Source: an uncultured Candidatus Saccharibacteria bacterium (lineage in GTDB: Bacteria; Patescibacteriota; Dojkabacteria; SC72). From it: a DNA stretch of 64,000 nt. Each line of letters opens with the position of its first letter. Position 1 is the stretch's first letter. The position numbers and the translations under genes were made by a program. A model generated the notes under the pieces. It saw nothing but the letters and a program-made list of their open reading frames with translations. It did no database searches and was not told where the DNA came from. The stretch spans positions 77,611 through 141,610 of the forward strand of contig CAYOME010000001.1 in NCBI GenBank assembly GCA_964405015.1, given 5' to 3'. Shown in pieces: positions 1 through 10,390 of the stretch.

Positions 1-3000
1 AGTTGAGGGAACAACAGAGGTTGATGAAACTTGTAATGTTTCAATTGGGAGTGGTATGTATTGCTATGATGATATTCAAGAAGCTATTAACAATGCGAAT
101 GATGGAAACACAATAAGTGTACTAGCTGGTACTTATGAGGTTACTAATAGTATTCTTGTTAACAAAGAAGTTTCAATCCTAGCTGAAAACGGTACAAAAG
201 TTATTAATATCGATACTCCTGCAAAATCTGTTTTTAGCATTACAAGAAGTAATGTAAGAATCGAGAATTTTGAAATTACTCATCAGAATTCTTTCCCGCT
301 TGATCATAATGAGATTGCTAATGCACTAATCTCAATCCCTGATAATGCGAACTTAACTAATGTTCAAATTAGAAATAACACTATTTATGGAAATTACACT
401 TCTGGAACATTACACAAAGATATGTATACAAGAGGTATTACAATTGGTAGTTCAGGAATCACAACATTTGATATATCTAACAATACTATTTCATCAGTTA
501 GAAATGGTATTGCTATTAGACAAAACAACACAGGAACAATAGATCAAAATATCATCTTTAATACAAAAGGTGGTGTAATGAACTATACTTCGAGTTTTGC
601 AGATGCCGATAACAGAGTAATAACAAACAACAATTGGACTGATATTCATAATGAGTGGGATATTGTATGGAATTCAGCAACCTACGGATTCCCTGATTAT
701 CAAAATAGTGTTATTACGCTATCTGTAAATAACAATAATGCATACGTGTTAGATCTAAGAAGAGACACGACTACAGAAGTTAAAACTCTATCTGGAAACA
801 GAACACCTGTTTTTGTAACAAAAACAGGTTCCGATATTGTTCATCAATCCACTGGAAATTTCAACGAACCTCTTGCATCAATTCAATTCGCAATTGAGAA
901 AGTTGCACACAACGGTAAAATTTACGTTAAAAATGGGGAATATGAAGAACAAGTTCTTCTTTCAAATAAAAATGTATCTATTATTGGAGAATCAGAAGGT
1001 AATACTAAAATCATAAGTCCCGCATCAATAGTTACAACATTTGAAAACTTAAAACCAGTAATTTCAACTTCCTTCGCAAAATTAGATTTAGAAAACATTA
1101 CAATTGACGGGCTAGGTCGAGGTAATGCCAATTATAGAATGGTAGGTATTGGTTTACAAAATTCTTTCGCCAATTTAAATAATGTCACAATCGTAAATAT
1201 AAAAGAAACACCCGCGAATGGTAATCAACACGGAGTAGGTATGTATGTATATAATTCCGACGGTATAGAGAGAATTGTTTCATTGGAATCTTTAACAGTT
1301 CATGACTATCAAAAGAACGGGTTTGTTTTTAGAGGTCAAGGATTAGTTGCAAACATTACTAATTCTCTAGTAGCTGGTCTCGGAGATATTGATTTTATTG
1401 CCCAAAATGGAATCCAATATGGAGAAGGAGCAACTGGTACTATTCAAAATAATGAAGTTTACGGAAACCTCTATACACCACAATCTTGGTCAGCCACAGG
1501 AATCCTTCTTTATAACGCTGGTAATGATTTAAAGATACAAAACAACAATATTCATAATAATGGTTGGGGAGGAATATATATATCTGGATCTGGAAACAAT
1601 CTTCAGGTATTAGATAATCATATTCATGACAATCTTGGAGATGGATTAATCTTCCAAAGTGGTTCATACGAGAACTCTTTGGTTAAAGGTAACACAATAG
1701 AGAATAATGATAACGGTATTTGGATGGATACTGGGATTTCACCAACGTTACTTGTTACTGAAAATTTCTTTAATAACACAGAATTAAATGCTTCTGATGA
1801 AGGTTCCTACTTCCTTGATAACGGCTTAAAAGGCAATTACTGGAGTGACTATACAGGCTTTGATTTAAATGGTGATGGTATTGGTGAACCACCATATCAA
1901 ATAGACTCAGACTCTTCGGATAGATATCCTCTAACAGAGCAATACTTATCAGCGAAGGTAAACAATGTAAAAGCAAATACTGATTATTACAAAAAGGGAG
2001 ATATACTTTCAGTTGAGGTTGAAGTAACTAATAATGGAAACATACCTTTGGACCCAACAAAAGAGAACTTAGTAATAAATATTACAAGACCAAATGGAAC
2101 ATATATAAGTGGTACATTCAGAGGAAAAGTATTATTAGACTTACAACCTGGTGAAACAAGATTAATTCAGTTCTACTCTACTGAACAGGCAATACCAGAA
2201 GATTGGGTAGATGGTACATATACAATACATACTTCCATATACAGTCAGAGGACTACACCTTTGAATTATCTCGTTGGAGGACAAAACTCATCCGAAACTT
2301 TCATTGTTGATTCAACAAAACCTAGTACTCCTGTAGTATTTGGATACAAAGATCCAAATACTTCTTGTGGCGGATTTACTACGAATAAAGTCACGACAGT
2401 TGATTGGTCAGATTCTTCAGATACAGGATCTTCGATAAAGGGTTACCAATATCAAATTAATTATCCTACAACAAACTCTTCAAGAGGTCTTTGGACAACC
2501 TTCTTTACTAATTCCGAATATAGAGGATCACTTAATGAGGGATCCCACTATATAAGGGTCCGAGCTCAAGACTTAGCTGGCAACTGGAGTGACTGGAGTC
2601 AGGAATGGACTAATCCTTCTAATTTAACATCCTTAGAAAAACAACAAAATTGTTCTATTACCTTAGATACCATCGTACCTCAAGCACCAACAAATCTTTA
2701 CTTCTGGGATGTAGACAATGCAAAAGCAGTACAATGCGGTGGATATAGTAATACAAGGCATATTAATGAACATTGGGATCCTTCTTCTGATGTAAATCTT
2801 AGTCACTACGAATATTCCTCCTTCAATGCTCCAAATGGGGTCGCAGGTCTTGTGAATAAAGTTCTTTTAACAAACTACTTTGATAGCTCATGGTGGAATA
2901 TACCTAAAGAAGGAACATATGGATTCCAGGTTAGGACGGTAGATCTAGCAGGCAATACTTCCCCTTTTGCTCTAACTAATGAATATGGATTTGAAAACAG

Positions 3001-4567
3001 TTGTAAGATAACAATCGATTGGACAGCACCATATGTAGAAATTACAAATCCTTCAAACAATCAATACGTGAAGGGTTCTGTAGACTTCAGAGGAACAGTT
3101 CAGGATACAAACCTCTACAGATACTATTACAGTATTCAAAATACTAAATCTGATACTCTCTATCCATCTGAATCCTTTGAAGACCTCTCCATATATCAAT
3201 GGAATACAACAGAAAAACCAGATGGAATATATGAGCTAAGACTTGAAGCAAGAGATCTAGCAAATAATAAAGATAACAATATCTCAGTAGAGTCAATAAA
3301 AGTTACAGTCGACAACACACTTCCAACAGTATCTCTCATAGATGACTTTACAATATTAGAAGGCTCTACAATACCTACAAAAGAAGTACTAGTAAAAGAC
3401 AACTATGAAATCTCTCAACTCTGTTACTCAATCACAAGTGATATTGGAGATATCTCAGAAAGATGTATTTCCCCATCTACAAGTACAAATGAATGGAATT
3501 TAGATTTCACAAATACAATATTAACACTCCTAAATACCGAATTCGGTATAACTACAATAGTAGCAGATACATCAATATTACCTGAAGGAGAATACTCAAT
3601 ATCTTACTACAGTGAAGATATGGCAGGGAATAAATCTGTTGAAGAAGAAACTGTTGTTACAATATCCAATGTATTACCAAACCTAATATTCTCATCCGAT
3701 AAGACTACTCTTGTAGAAGGAAACAATGTCATATTTAATGGACAATTTACTGATCCAGGACAAGATGACAAAGATTGGTCATACAGACTCTCTTTTGGAG
3801 ATTTAACCGCAGATATATTAGGAACAACATCTACTAATGGAAATATCATTATCAATACCTCACACACATACAACACACCAGGAACATATACAGCACAATT
3901 AGAAATCTGTGAACAAGGAGGGCTATGTACAACTTCAAATATATTGATAACTGTTAATCCGTTGATTGTAGAATCAGGAGAAGTAGCAGGAGTTACTACT
4001 ACAACGAAACCTAAAACAATACTCAAGACTCTTACAACAGTAGTTACAGATATCTTAGGTATCGGTGGAGATGAAGATGAAAAACCAGAAGAAGAATCAG
4101 ACCTTTTGGATGAGAACACATCTGAAGTAAAAGGATCTCAAACATGCGATAACCCATCAAAGATCTCAGGATATATATATCAAGACAAAGATGAGAACGG
4201 TAAAATGGATGAGAAAGAAAAGAGATATTCAGATATATCTGTAAGAATATATACAAAGATAGATGAAAAAGAAGAAACTATTAAAAATATTAAAACAGAT
4301 GACAATGGATATTGGGAAACAACCCTTTGCTCAGGAAGATATTTTGTAGAAGCAGATAAAGGTAATTTACCAAACAATTTCGATATACAAGAAAACGTTT
4401 TAGGTATAGATGTACAAGCAGAAGAAGATACAACTTTAGATTTTACTGTAACAGATGAAAGAAACTTCTTACAAAAATATTGGCTTTGGTTGTTAGTAGC
4501 TCTTACCTTAGTAGGAGGTATTGGAATATTAGTAAGCGATTCAAAGAAGAAAAAATCATACGCATAG
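1..4567 (+). CDS. Large surface protein, 5'-partial: parallel beta-helix (NosD-like) repeats, Ig/FN3-like and PKD domains, SdrD-B-like domain, C-terminal membrane anchor
   Basis: The frame of ORF 56..4567 is open back to the window edge. It has N/I-rich beta-helix repeats, repeated (R/T)xxDLAGN Ig-like motifs, HTYNTPGTYTAQL (PKD), GYIYQDKDENG...TDDNGYW (SdrD B) and a hydrophobic tail followed by a Lys-rich end. Confidence 0.8.
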   Translation, partial: VEGTTEVDETCNVSIGSGMYCYDDIQEAINNANDGNTISVLAGTYEVTNSILVNKEVSILAENGTKVINIDTPAKSVFSITRSNVRIENFEITHQNSFPLDHNEIANALISIPDNANLTNVQIRNNTIYGNYTSGTLHKDMYTRGITIGSSGITTFDISNNTISSVRNGIAIRQNNTGTIDQNIIFNTKGGVMNYTSSFADADNRVITNNNWTDIHNEWDIVWNSATYGFPDYQNSVITLSVNNNNAYVLDLRRDTTTEVKTLSGNRTPVFVTKTGSDIVHQSTGNFNEPLASIQFAIEKVAHNGKIYVKNGEYEEQVLLSNKNVSIIGESEGNTKIISPASIVTTFENLKPVISTSFAKLDLENITIDGLGRGNANYRMVGIGLQNSFANLNNVTIVNIKETPANGNQHGVGMYVYNSDGIERIVSLESLTVHDYQKNGFVFRGQGLVANITNSLVAGLGDIDFIAQNGIQYGEGATGTIQNNEVYGNLYTPQSWSATGILLYNAGNDLKIQNNNIHNNGWGGIYISGSGNNLQVLDNHIHDNLGDGLIFQSGSYENSLVKGNTIENNDNGIWMDTGISPTLLVTENFFNNTELNASDEGSYFLDNGLKGNYWSDYTGFDLNGDGIGEPPYQIDSDSSDRYPLTEQYLSAKVNNVKANTDYYKKGDILSVEVEVTNNGNIPLDPTKENLVINITRPNGTYISGTFRGKVLLDLQPGETRLIQFYSTEQAIPEDWVDGTYTIHTSIYSQRTTPLNYLVGGQNSSETFIVDSTKPSTPVVFGYKDPNTSCGGFTTNKVTTVDWSDSSDTGSSIKGYQYQINYPTTNSSRGLWTTFFTNSEYRGSLNEGSHYIRVRAQDLAGNWSDWSQEWTNPSNLTSLEKQQNCSITLDTIVPQAPTNLYFWDVDNAKAVQCGGYSNTRHINEHWDPSSDVNLSHYEYSSFNAPNGVAGLVNKVLLTNYFDSSWWNIPKEGTYGFQVRTVDLAGNTSPFALTNEYGFENSCKITIDWTAPYVEITNPSNNQYVKGSVDFRGTVQDTNLYRYYYSIQNTKSDTLYPSESFEDLSIYQWNTTEKPDGIYELRLEARDLANNKDNNISVESIKVTVDNTLPTVSLIDDFTILEGSTIPTKEVLVKDNYEISQLCYSITSDIGDISERCISPSTSTNEWNLDFTNTILTLLNTEFGITTIVADTSILPEGEYSISYYSEDMAGNKSVEEETVVTISNVLPNLIFSSDKTTLVEGNNVIFNGQFTDPGQDDKDWSYRLSFGDLTADILGTTSTNGNIIINTSHTYNTPGTYTAQLEICEQGGLCTTSNILITVNPLIVESGEVAGVTTTTKPKTILKTLTTVVTDILGIGGDEDEKPEEESDLLDENTSEVKGSQTCDNPSKISGYIYQDKDENGKMDEKEKRYSDISVRIYTKIDEKEETIKNIKTDDNGYWETTLCSGRYFVEADKGNLPNNFDIQENVLGIDVQAEEDTTLDFTVTDERNFLQKYWLWLLVALTLVGGIGILVSDSKKKKSYA

Positions 4568-4571
4568 GGAT

Positions 4572-4599
4572 ATAGAGGGTAGGATATCTACCCTCTGTA
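4572..4599 (+). terminator. Hairpin, probable terminator
   Basis: ATAGAGGGTAG-gatat-CTACCCTCTGT just after the stop codon. Confidence 0.6.
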
Positions 4600-4657
4600 T
4601 TACAACCGATATTCAATGTAAAATATCCATATATATTAAAGTATTAGAAATATAGAT

Positions 4658-5332
4658 ATGCTTTTTGACACATCATATATACTGTTCATGATTCCCGCAT
4701 TCATATTAGCAATAGCTGCACAGATATGGATAACCTCATCATACAAAAAATATTCTAAACTACACCCAGGAACATCATTTACTGGTAAAGATGCTGCAGA
4801 AACAATAAATAAGGGAGAGAACTTCAATGTAGATATCCAAATATATGGACAATCCTTAGGAGATAACTTTGATCCAAGAAAAAATCTTGTAACTCTCTCT
4901 GCCTCCTCACTAGACTCTTCTGTAGCACAAATCGCTGTAGTAGCTCACGAGTTTGGTCATGTACAACAGAAGTATCAAAATTCCGCTATCTTTAATTTCA
5001 GAAATGGATTAGTACCTGTTGTTAATATTGGATCCCAATTAGGATATATATTGATAATTGTGGGGTTAATATTAAATATATTAGTAATAGCAGAAGTAGG
5101 TGTTCTTCTTTTCTCTTTAACTGCAATATTTGCTTTGATTACATTACCCATAGAGATTGATGCAAGTAAAAGAGCTTTAAAATTAATTACTAAGTACAAC
5201 TTGATAGAGGGAAGTAGAATAGATGGAGCAAAATCAGTATTGTATGCTGCAGCTACAACATATTTTGCATCCCTAGTAACATCAATACTAAATGTCTTGT
5301 ACTATGTATCCTTGATTAACAGAAGGAATTAG
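4658..5332 (+). CDS. Membrane zinc metallopeptidase (YugP / Zn_peptidase_2 family)
   Basis: AVVAHEFGHVQQ (HExxH), TLPIEIDASKRA, AAATTYFAS, TM helices. Confidence 0.9.
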   Translation: MLFDTSYILFMIPAFILAIAAQIWITSSYKKYSKLHPGTSFTGKDAAETINKGENFNVDIQIYGQSLGDNFDPRKNLVTLSASSLDSSVAQIAVVAHEFGHVQQKYQNSAIFNFRNGLVPVVNIGSQLGYILIIVGLILNILVIAEVGVLLFSLTAIFALITLPIEIDASKRALKLITKYNLIEGSRIDGAKSVLYAAATTYFASLVTSILNVLYYVSLINRRN

Positions 5333-5360
5333 ATATAATAATTTGAGGGAACTTAATATA

Positions 5361-5485
5361 CTTAAGCGACTGGGTATACGTATGTATACAACGAGGAGAA
5401 GGATATCGAAATAATCAGCGGGTACCTTCAGGTTGTTGTAACAACCTAAAGATGATCTACAAAGGATACAAAAGGATCACTCATT
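5361..5485 (+). ncRNA. glmS ribozyme (GlcN6P-activated riboswitch)
   Basis: Lies in the glmS 5' UTR with consensus blocks in order: AAGCG (cleavage A5365/G5366), stem GTATAC-gtat-GTATAC, ACGAGG, GAAGG..TATCGAA..TCAGCGGGTACCTTC, AGGTTG..CAACCT. Confidence 0.88.
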
Positions 5486-5523
5486 ACATTCCCATATACA
5501 ACTAAAATATTACTACTACACAT

Positions 5524-7290
5524 ATGTGCGGTATTTTTGGATACATGGGAAATTCAAATGCCCAATCAATAATTCATCATGGATTAAAAAGGTTAGAATA
5601 TAGAGGATATGACTCATGGGGTATAAGTGTAATAGAGGACGGTAAAATACATACAGACAAGAATACAGGAGAGATACCAAAACAATATATACCACAAAAA
5701 TCTTCTAATATTGGAATAGGGCATACAAGATGGGCAACACATGGAGGAGTAACAATTACAAATGCTCATCCGCATTACTCATCTGATATGAGCTTCTCAT
5801 TAGCTCAAAACGGTATAGTAGAGAACTACATTTCACTTAAAACAATGTTAATTAAAAATGGATATACCTTTTCAACTGAAGTAGATACAGAAGTAATTGT
5901 AAAACTAATTGAAGATCATCTCTCTAATTCACAAAATCTAAAACAAGCATTAATCTCCTCCTTCAAACAACTCGAAGGTAGAAACACTGTCATACTGCTT
6001 GATAGTAAAAGTAATCAAATATATGCCATTAGAAATGGAAGCCCTTTAATATTAGGAATTGGGGAGGAAGATATATATATAGCATCTGATCCATTAGCAT
6101 TCAATCAATATTGTAAAAAAATAGTAGAGATAGATAATGGTGAATTAGTAGAAATAGAGTATAAACAATACAAAATATTTGATATATCAAATAATAAATA
6201 TATTAATAGGGTACCCAAATCGATTGATTACCTTGATACAGAAGTTTCTAAAGGAATATATGATGATTACATGATTAAGGAAATAATAGAACAGAAACAT
6301 ACAATATTAACAGCAACCCAATACACACAAAAAGATCTATTAACCTTAATAACACAGATTAAAAAATCAAATACAGTATATACAATAGGAGCAGGTACTG
6401 CTGGATACAGTGCTGATCAAGTAGCCTACTATTTAAGGAAGATATCAAATATTAAGGCAATTTCTGTAAAACCATATGAGATAGAATCATATATAGAATT
6501 GATAGATAAAGATGATACCGTTCTTGCTTTCTCTCAAAGTGGAGAAACTGCAGATACATTAGAAGTAATCGAAACACTTAAACAAAAAGGTACATATATA
6601 TCAAGTGTAATAAATATGCCCAGCTCAACCCTCGAGAGACTCTCTGATAGTGTCTATATGTCCAATGCAGGTAGTGAAATATGCGTAGCCTCTACAAAGG
6701 TATTTACATCTCAAATATCATTTGGGTATCTTTTAGCTATGTGTCTTGCTGATAAATATTCTTTAGCTAAAAAAGAACTAAGTACACTATCATCAAATTT
6801 AGAAATATTCTTTTCTAAACAAATGTTAAAAAAGATAGAGAATATTTCAAAAGAATTGGTAAAACAAGAACACTTCTTTATTCTTGGTAAAGGTCAAAAC
6901 TTCCATATAGCACAGGAAGGAGCATTAAAGATAAAGGAAATATCGTACAAACATTTTGAAGGCTTTGCAGCAGGAGAACTAAAACATGGAGTAATAGCAT
7001 TAATAGAGAAGGGTACTCCAGTCATCTCTATCATTTCAAATGATGAAAACAAAAAGGATTTAATATCTGCTACTCAACAAGTTAAAGCCAGAGGAGCTTT
7101 AACAATAGGGATTGGTGATAAACAGGAAGAGAATTGTTTTGATTTTTTCATAGAAGTGCCAGATACTGATACTCTGAAATCAATATCTAATGTCATACCC
7201 TTACAACTTCTTTCATATTACATATCAAAGAAATTGGGTAATAATATAGATAAGCCAAGGAACTTAGCTAAGTCTGTAACAGTAAAGTAG
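5524..7290 (+). CDS. glmS: Glutamine--fructose-6-phosphate aminotransferase
   Basis: MCGIFG, LEYRGYDS, GHTRWATHG, SQSGETADT, PRNLAKSVTV. Confidence 0.98.
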   Translation: MCGIFGYMGNSNAQSIIHHGLKRLEYRGYDSWGISVIEDGKIHTDKNTGEIPKQYIPQKSSNIGIGHTRWATHGGVTITNAHPHYSSDMSFSLAQNGIVENYISLKTMLIKNGYTFSTEVDTEVIVKLIEDHLSNSQNLKQALISSFKQLEGRNTVILLDSKSNQIYAIRNGSPLILGIGEEDIYIASDPLAFNQYCKKIVEIDNGELVEIEYKQYKIFDISNNKYINRVPKSIDYLDTEVSKGIYDDYMIKEIIEQKHTILTATQYTQKDLLTLITQIKKSNTVYTIGAGTAGYSADQVAYYLRKISNIKAISVKPYEIESYIELIDKDDTVLAFSQSGETADTLEVIETLKQKGTYISSVINMPSSTLERLSDSVYMSNAGSEICVASTKVFTSQISFGYLLAMCLADKYSLAKKELSTLSSNLEIFFSKQMLKKIENISKELVKQEHFFILGKGQNFHIAQEGALKIKEISYKHFEGFAAGELKHGVIALIEKGTPVISIISNDENKKDLISATQQVKARGALTIGIGDKQEENCFDFFIEVPDTDTLKSISNVIPLQLLSYYISKKLGNNIDKPRNLAKSVTVK

Positions 7291-7292
7291 GG

Positions 7293-8006
7293 CTATAAAT
7301 CCTTAACAAGAGAATATCTAAATGCCTTTTTATGAAAGTCCGCTCTGTATAAACCAATATTAAGAGTATTTTCTACAAAATCAGGAGTAACTTGTTCATC
7401 TGTAATGTTCTCGACATTTGAGGGTGTTTTGTCTGTTCTAATTAATAACCATAATTTGTCAGTAACCAATCCGGTCATAATGGCCTTAGAATTTACTAAT
7501 GCTTTAATATCTTGGGCAGAAAAGAAATTGTAGAAGATATGACCATCTTCACGAACATGTTTAGGATGTGTATGTATATTGAATAGATATTGTACTTCTA
7601 AAGCCTTAGGTACATTTTTGTGATATACATCCTTCCTTTTTAGTAGTTTTCCATCAAGGTATAGCTCTTTACGAGCATACTGTTTTTTAAGAGGATGATG
7701 AGAATACTTTACTTGAATACTACCTCCACTTTTGACCATCTTGTCTGAACCAGTATTTACTTCTGTTAATACAACTTCACCATCAGCCCAAAATACAGAG
7801 AAAGCTCTTTCTAGTCCATCCTTGTATGTTTTGTTGTATATATTAATAAGATCATCCCAGAAATCGGAAGGAAACTGTATAGCCTTTGGAAGATTGTATG
7901 GATATGGATATAGATTAGACGATCTTAAATCAACAATCTTTCTATACAATTGTAAAAAGGTAGTAGTCTCAATTCTAGAACTAAATAAAAAATCAAAAAT
8001 TCCCAT
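7293..8006 (-). CDS. Hypothetical protein with a JAB/MPN-like motif
   Basis: ERAF...IHTHP...FFSAQD resembles the E..HxH..S..D JAMM signature. Confidence 0.5.
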   Translation of the reverse strand: MGIFDFLFSSRIETTTFLQLYRKIVDLRSSNLYPYPYNLPKAIQFPSDFWDDLINIYNKTYKDGLERAFSVFWADGEVVLTEVNTGSDKMVKSGGSIQVKYSHHPLKKQYARKELYLDGKLLKRKDVYHKNVPKALEVQYLFNIHTHPKHVREDGHIFYNFFSAQDIKALVNSKAIMTGLVTDKLWLLIRTDKTPSNVENITDEQVTPDFVENTLNIGLYRADFHKKAFRYSLVKDL

Positions 8007-8026
8007 GTATTAATATATCATATATA

Positions 8027-9760
8027 TTACCAGGAACCACCACCAGAACCACCACCACCGCCTCCTGAACTACCTCCACCACCAAAGCCACTACCTCCAG
8101 AACTCCAACCACCTGAACTATATCCACCACCACTACCATATGATGGAGAAGGGGTATTGTATGAGCTTGGACTGTTTAATCTGTTCAATGAATCAGCAAG
8201 ATATATTGCATTGAAAGTATTAAAGTTACCGTCATACCATGTAGGCTCTTGAGTATATATATCTTCGAATTCTTTTGCCCATTTCTTCTCTAAACCGAAG
8301 ATAATGGCATATGGAAGTAATTTTTCAAATATACCTTTGTATTTCTCCGGATCATTATGAAACTCTATCCTATGCTTTTCAGCTGTATTAATGTACATCT
8401 TCAAACCCTCTAAGTAGTAATATTTCTTGTTACCATCTACAGATCTATGATCAATTGTAGATGCAAAGATAAAGAAAAGAATACCACTAAAGAATATTCC
8501 TAATCCCCATCCCAAAAGAGCATATTGAATAACAAATGACATTCCAAAAAGAATACCAAAGACTAATATAACACCAAACAAGACATACTTGTTTCTTAAA
8601 GAAAGATTCTTCTTTGAGATTAAATTTTTGTTTTTAAGAGATACCTGTCCATCAAGAAATGCCATTTGAGAAATACTAAAGAAATTTGTAAATTCCTTTA
8701 GTTTAACAGTATTTTCCTTCTCAAAAAGCTTTTTTAGAAACAATTGTGCAGAAGAAGAAAGAGTAGAAGCATCTTTTTCTAAGTTCTCTATCTCATATCT
8801 ATTCTTCTTAACCTCAATAATTTTAATATATCCACCAATAGCTAATTCAATCATTAGTGCAGTAATATGCTTTGTATTGTATTTGTTCTCAAGCAATATC
8901 CCAGAAAGTAAAGAATCCATATCCTTCTCTGGTTCATAGTTAGGAATTACAGTAATCTTTTCATTTTCATATTTCTTCTTAAGAAAACCAAAAAGAAATA
9001 TACCCAATGGAATAGGTAGGACAATACCAATATTGGAAATAATAGCTAACCATATCTGATCCTTTGTAGTATCTTCTAAAATACCTTTCTCTAACTTAAC
9101 AGCAAAGGTATACCCCTCATATGGTTGTAATGTAGTATTAGGTCTAACAACAATATTTTGATCAGAGATATTTTCAATAGTACAATCTTGAGAATCAGAA
9201 TCCATCGACCCTGTAAAACAGATACTCTCTAAGACCTTACCTGGAAGTAGAATATTGGCAGATGCTTTTTCAATAGGCATGGACCAACCAGGACCAATGA
9301 TATTTAAATATACCTCATCATTCTCTTCAAAATATGAAATACCTGAATACTTAAGAGTATATTTAATAACATATGTATATGTACCCTGTATATATTTATC
9401 TGGATCACCAATTCTTAACTTAGCCCAACCACTCTCATCAGACCTTGTGTACATATTGTATGTTTTTAAGGAAGGATTAGAAGTAGGGTAGTAATATACC
9501 TCATCAATAACTAAGGGGGTATTTCTTCTAAATAACTTTACAGAATATACATATGGTACTTCCCATTCAATACCATGCTTGTAACCTGAAGGATCAAAAG
9601 TAATTTCTTCTACAATATTAGTAGTAGCATCACTATTAACTTTAATATTACTCTTAAATTCTAATATCCTATCACCCTCACTCTGCGCAAAAACAGGATT
9701 AACAAAAAAGAATGATCCAATTAAAGCTAAAGAGAGAAGAAAGATTCTTACATTCTTCAT
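8027..9760 (-). CDS. DUF2207 membrane protein
   Basis: Signal peptide, FEKLLPYAIIFGLEKKWAKEF, Gly/Ser-rich tail ending GGGSW, downstream of lemA. Confidence 0.92.
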   Translation of the reverse strand: MKNVRIFLLSLALIGSFFFVNPVFAQSEGDRILEFKSNIKVNSDATTNIVEEITFDPSGYKHGIEWEVPYVYSVKLFRRNTPLVIDEVYYYPTSNPSLKTYNMYTRSDESGWAKLRIGDPDKYIQGTYTYVIKYTLKYSGISYFEENDEVYLNIIGPGWSMPIEKASANILLPGKVLESICFTGSMDSDSQDCTIENISDQNIVVRPNTTLQPYEGYTFAVKLEKGILEDTTKDQIWLAIISNIGIVLPIPLGIFLFGFLKKKYENEKITVIPNYEPEKDMDSLLSGILLENKYNTKHITALMIELAIGGYIKIIEVKKNRYEIENLEKDASTLSSSAQLFLKKLFEKENTVKLKEFTNFFSISQMAFLDGQVSLKNKNLISKKNLSLRNKYVLFGVILVFGILFGMSFVIQYALLGWGLGIFFSGILFFIFASTIDHRSVDGNKKYYYLEGLKMYINTAEKHRIEFHNDPEKYKGIFEKLLPYAIIFGLEKKWAKEFEDIYTQEPTWYDGNFNTFNAIYLADSLNRLNSPSSYNTPSPSYGSGGGYSSGGWSSGGSGFGGGGSSGGGGGGSGGGSW

Positions 9761-9770
9761 CTATATATCC

Positions 9771-10319
9771 TTAGAACTTAATCTCAACGTTCTTTTTTTC
9801 TTCCTCTGATGCCTCAAAGAAAGGCATACTCTTGAATCCTAGTAGACCTGCAATTAGGTTGTTAGGAAATACTGCAATCTTTGTATTAAAGTCTCTAACA
9901 GTACCATTGTAAAATCTTCTAGCCTTCTGGATATTGTCTTCTAATTCCTTAAGATTTGCTTGAAGTTGCATAAAGTTCTCATTTGCTTTTAACTCAGGAT
10001 ATGCCTCTGCTATTGCAAATATCTTAGCAATACCATTGGAGAGCTCACCCTCCAATGCCATCTTCTCATCTAATGTACCAGCACCCATAGCCTTGGATCT
10101 TAACTCTGCAACATTCTCAAATATCTCTTTCTCATGTTTTGCATATCCCTTAACAATCTCTACAAGATTAGGAATCATGTCATATCTCTGCTTTAGGAAA
10201 GTTTCAATATCAGATGCAGCTTCATCTACTGTAAGCTTTAATTTTACTAAACCGTTGTAAAGTGAGATTAGAAATATTGCGATTAATGCTAATACTCCAA
10301 GTAATATAGTCCAGCCCAT
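9771..10319 (-). CDS. lemA: LemA family protein
   Basis: YNGLV, RYDMIPNLVEIVKGYAKHE, EAYPELKANENF, ARRFYN. Confidence 0.96.
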   Translation of the reverse strand: MGWTILLGVLALIAIFLISLYNGLVKLKLTVDEAASDIETFLKQRYDMIPNLVEIVKGYAKHEKEIFENVAELRSKAMGAGTLDEKMALEGELSNGIAKIFAIAEAYPELKANENFMQLQANLKELEDNIQKARRFYNGTVRDFNTKIAVFPNNLIAGLLGFKSMPFFEASEEEKKNVEIKF

Positions 10320-10390
10320 ATATAGAAGAGATACTGAAATTAATATATTTAAGTATATTGAATATCTAATAAAAGTTCAAATAGAACTTG

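Noticed and set aside
8027-8140. CCACCA/CCTCCA low-complexity repeats
   Set aside because: They encode the ordinary Gly/Ser tail of DUF2207
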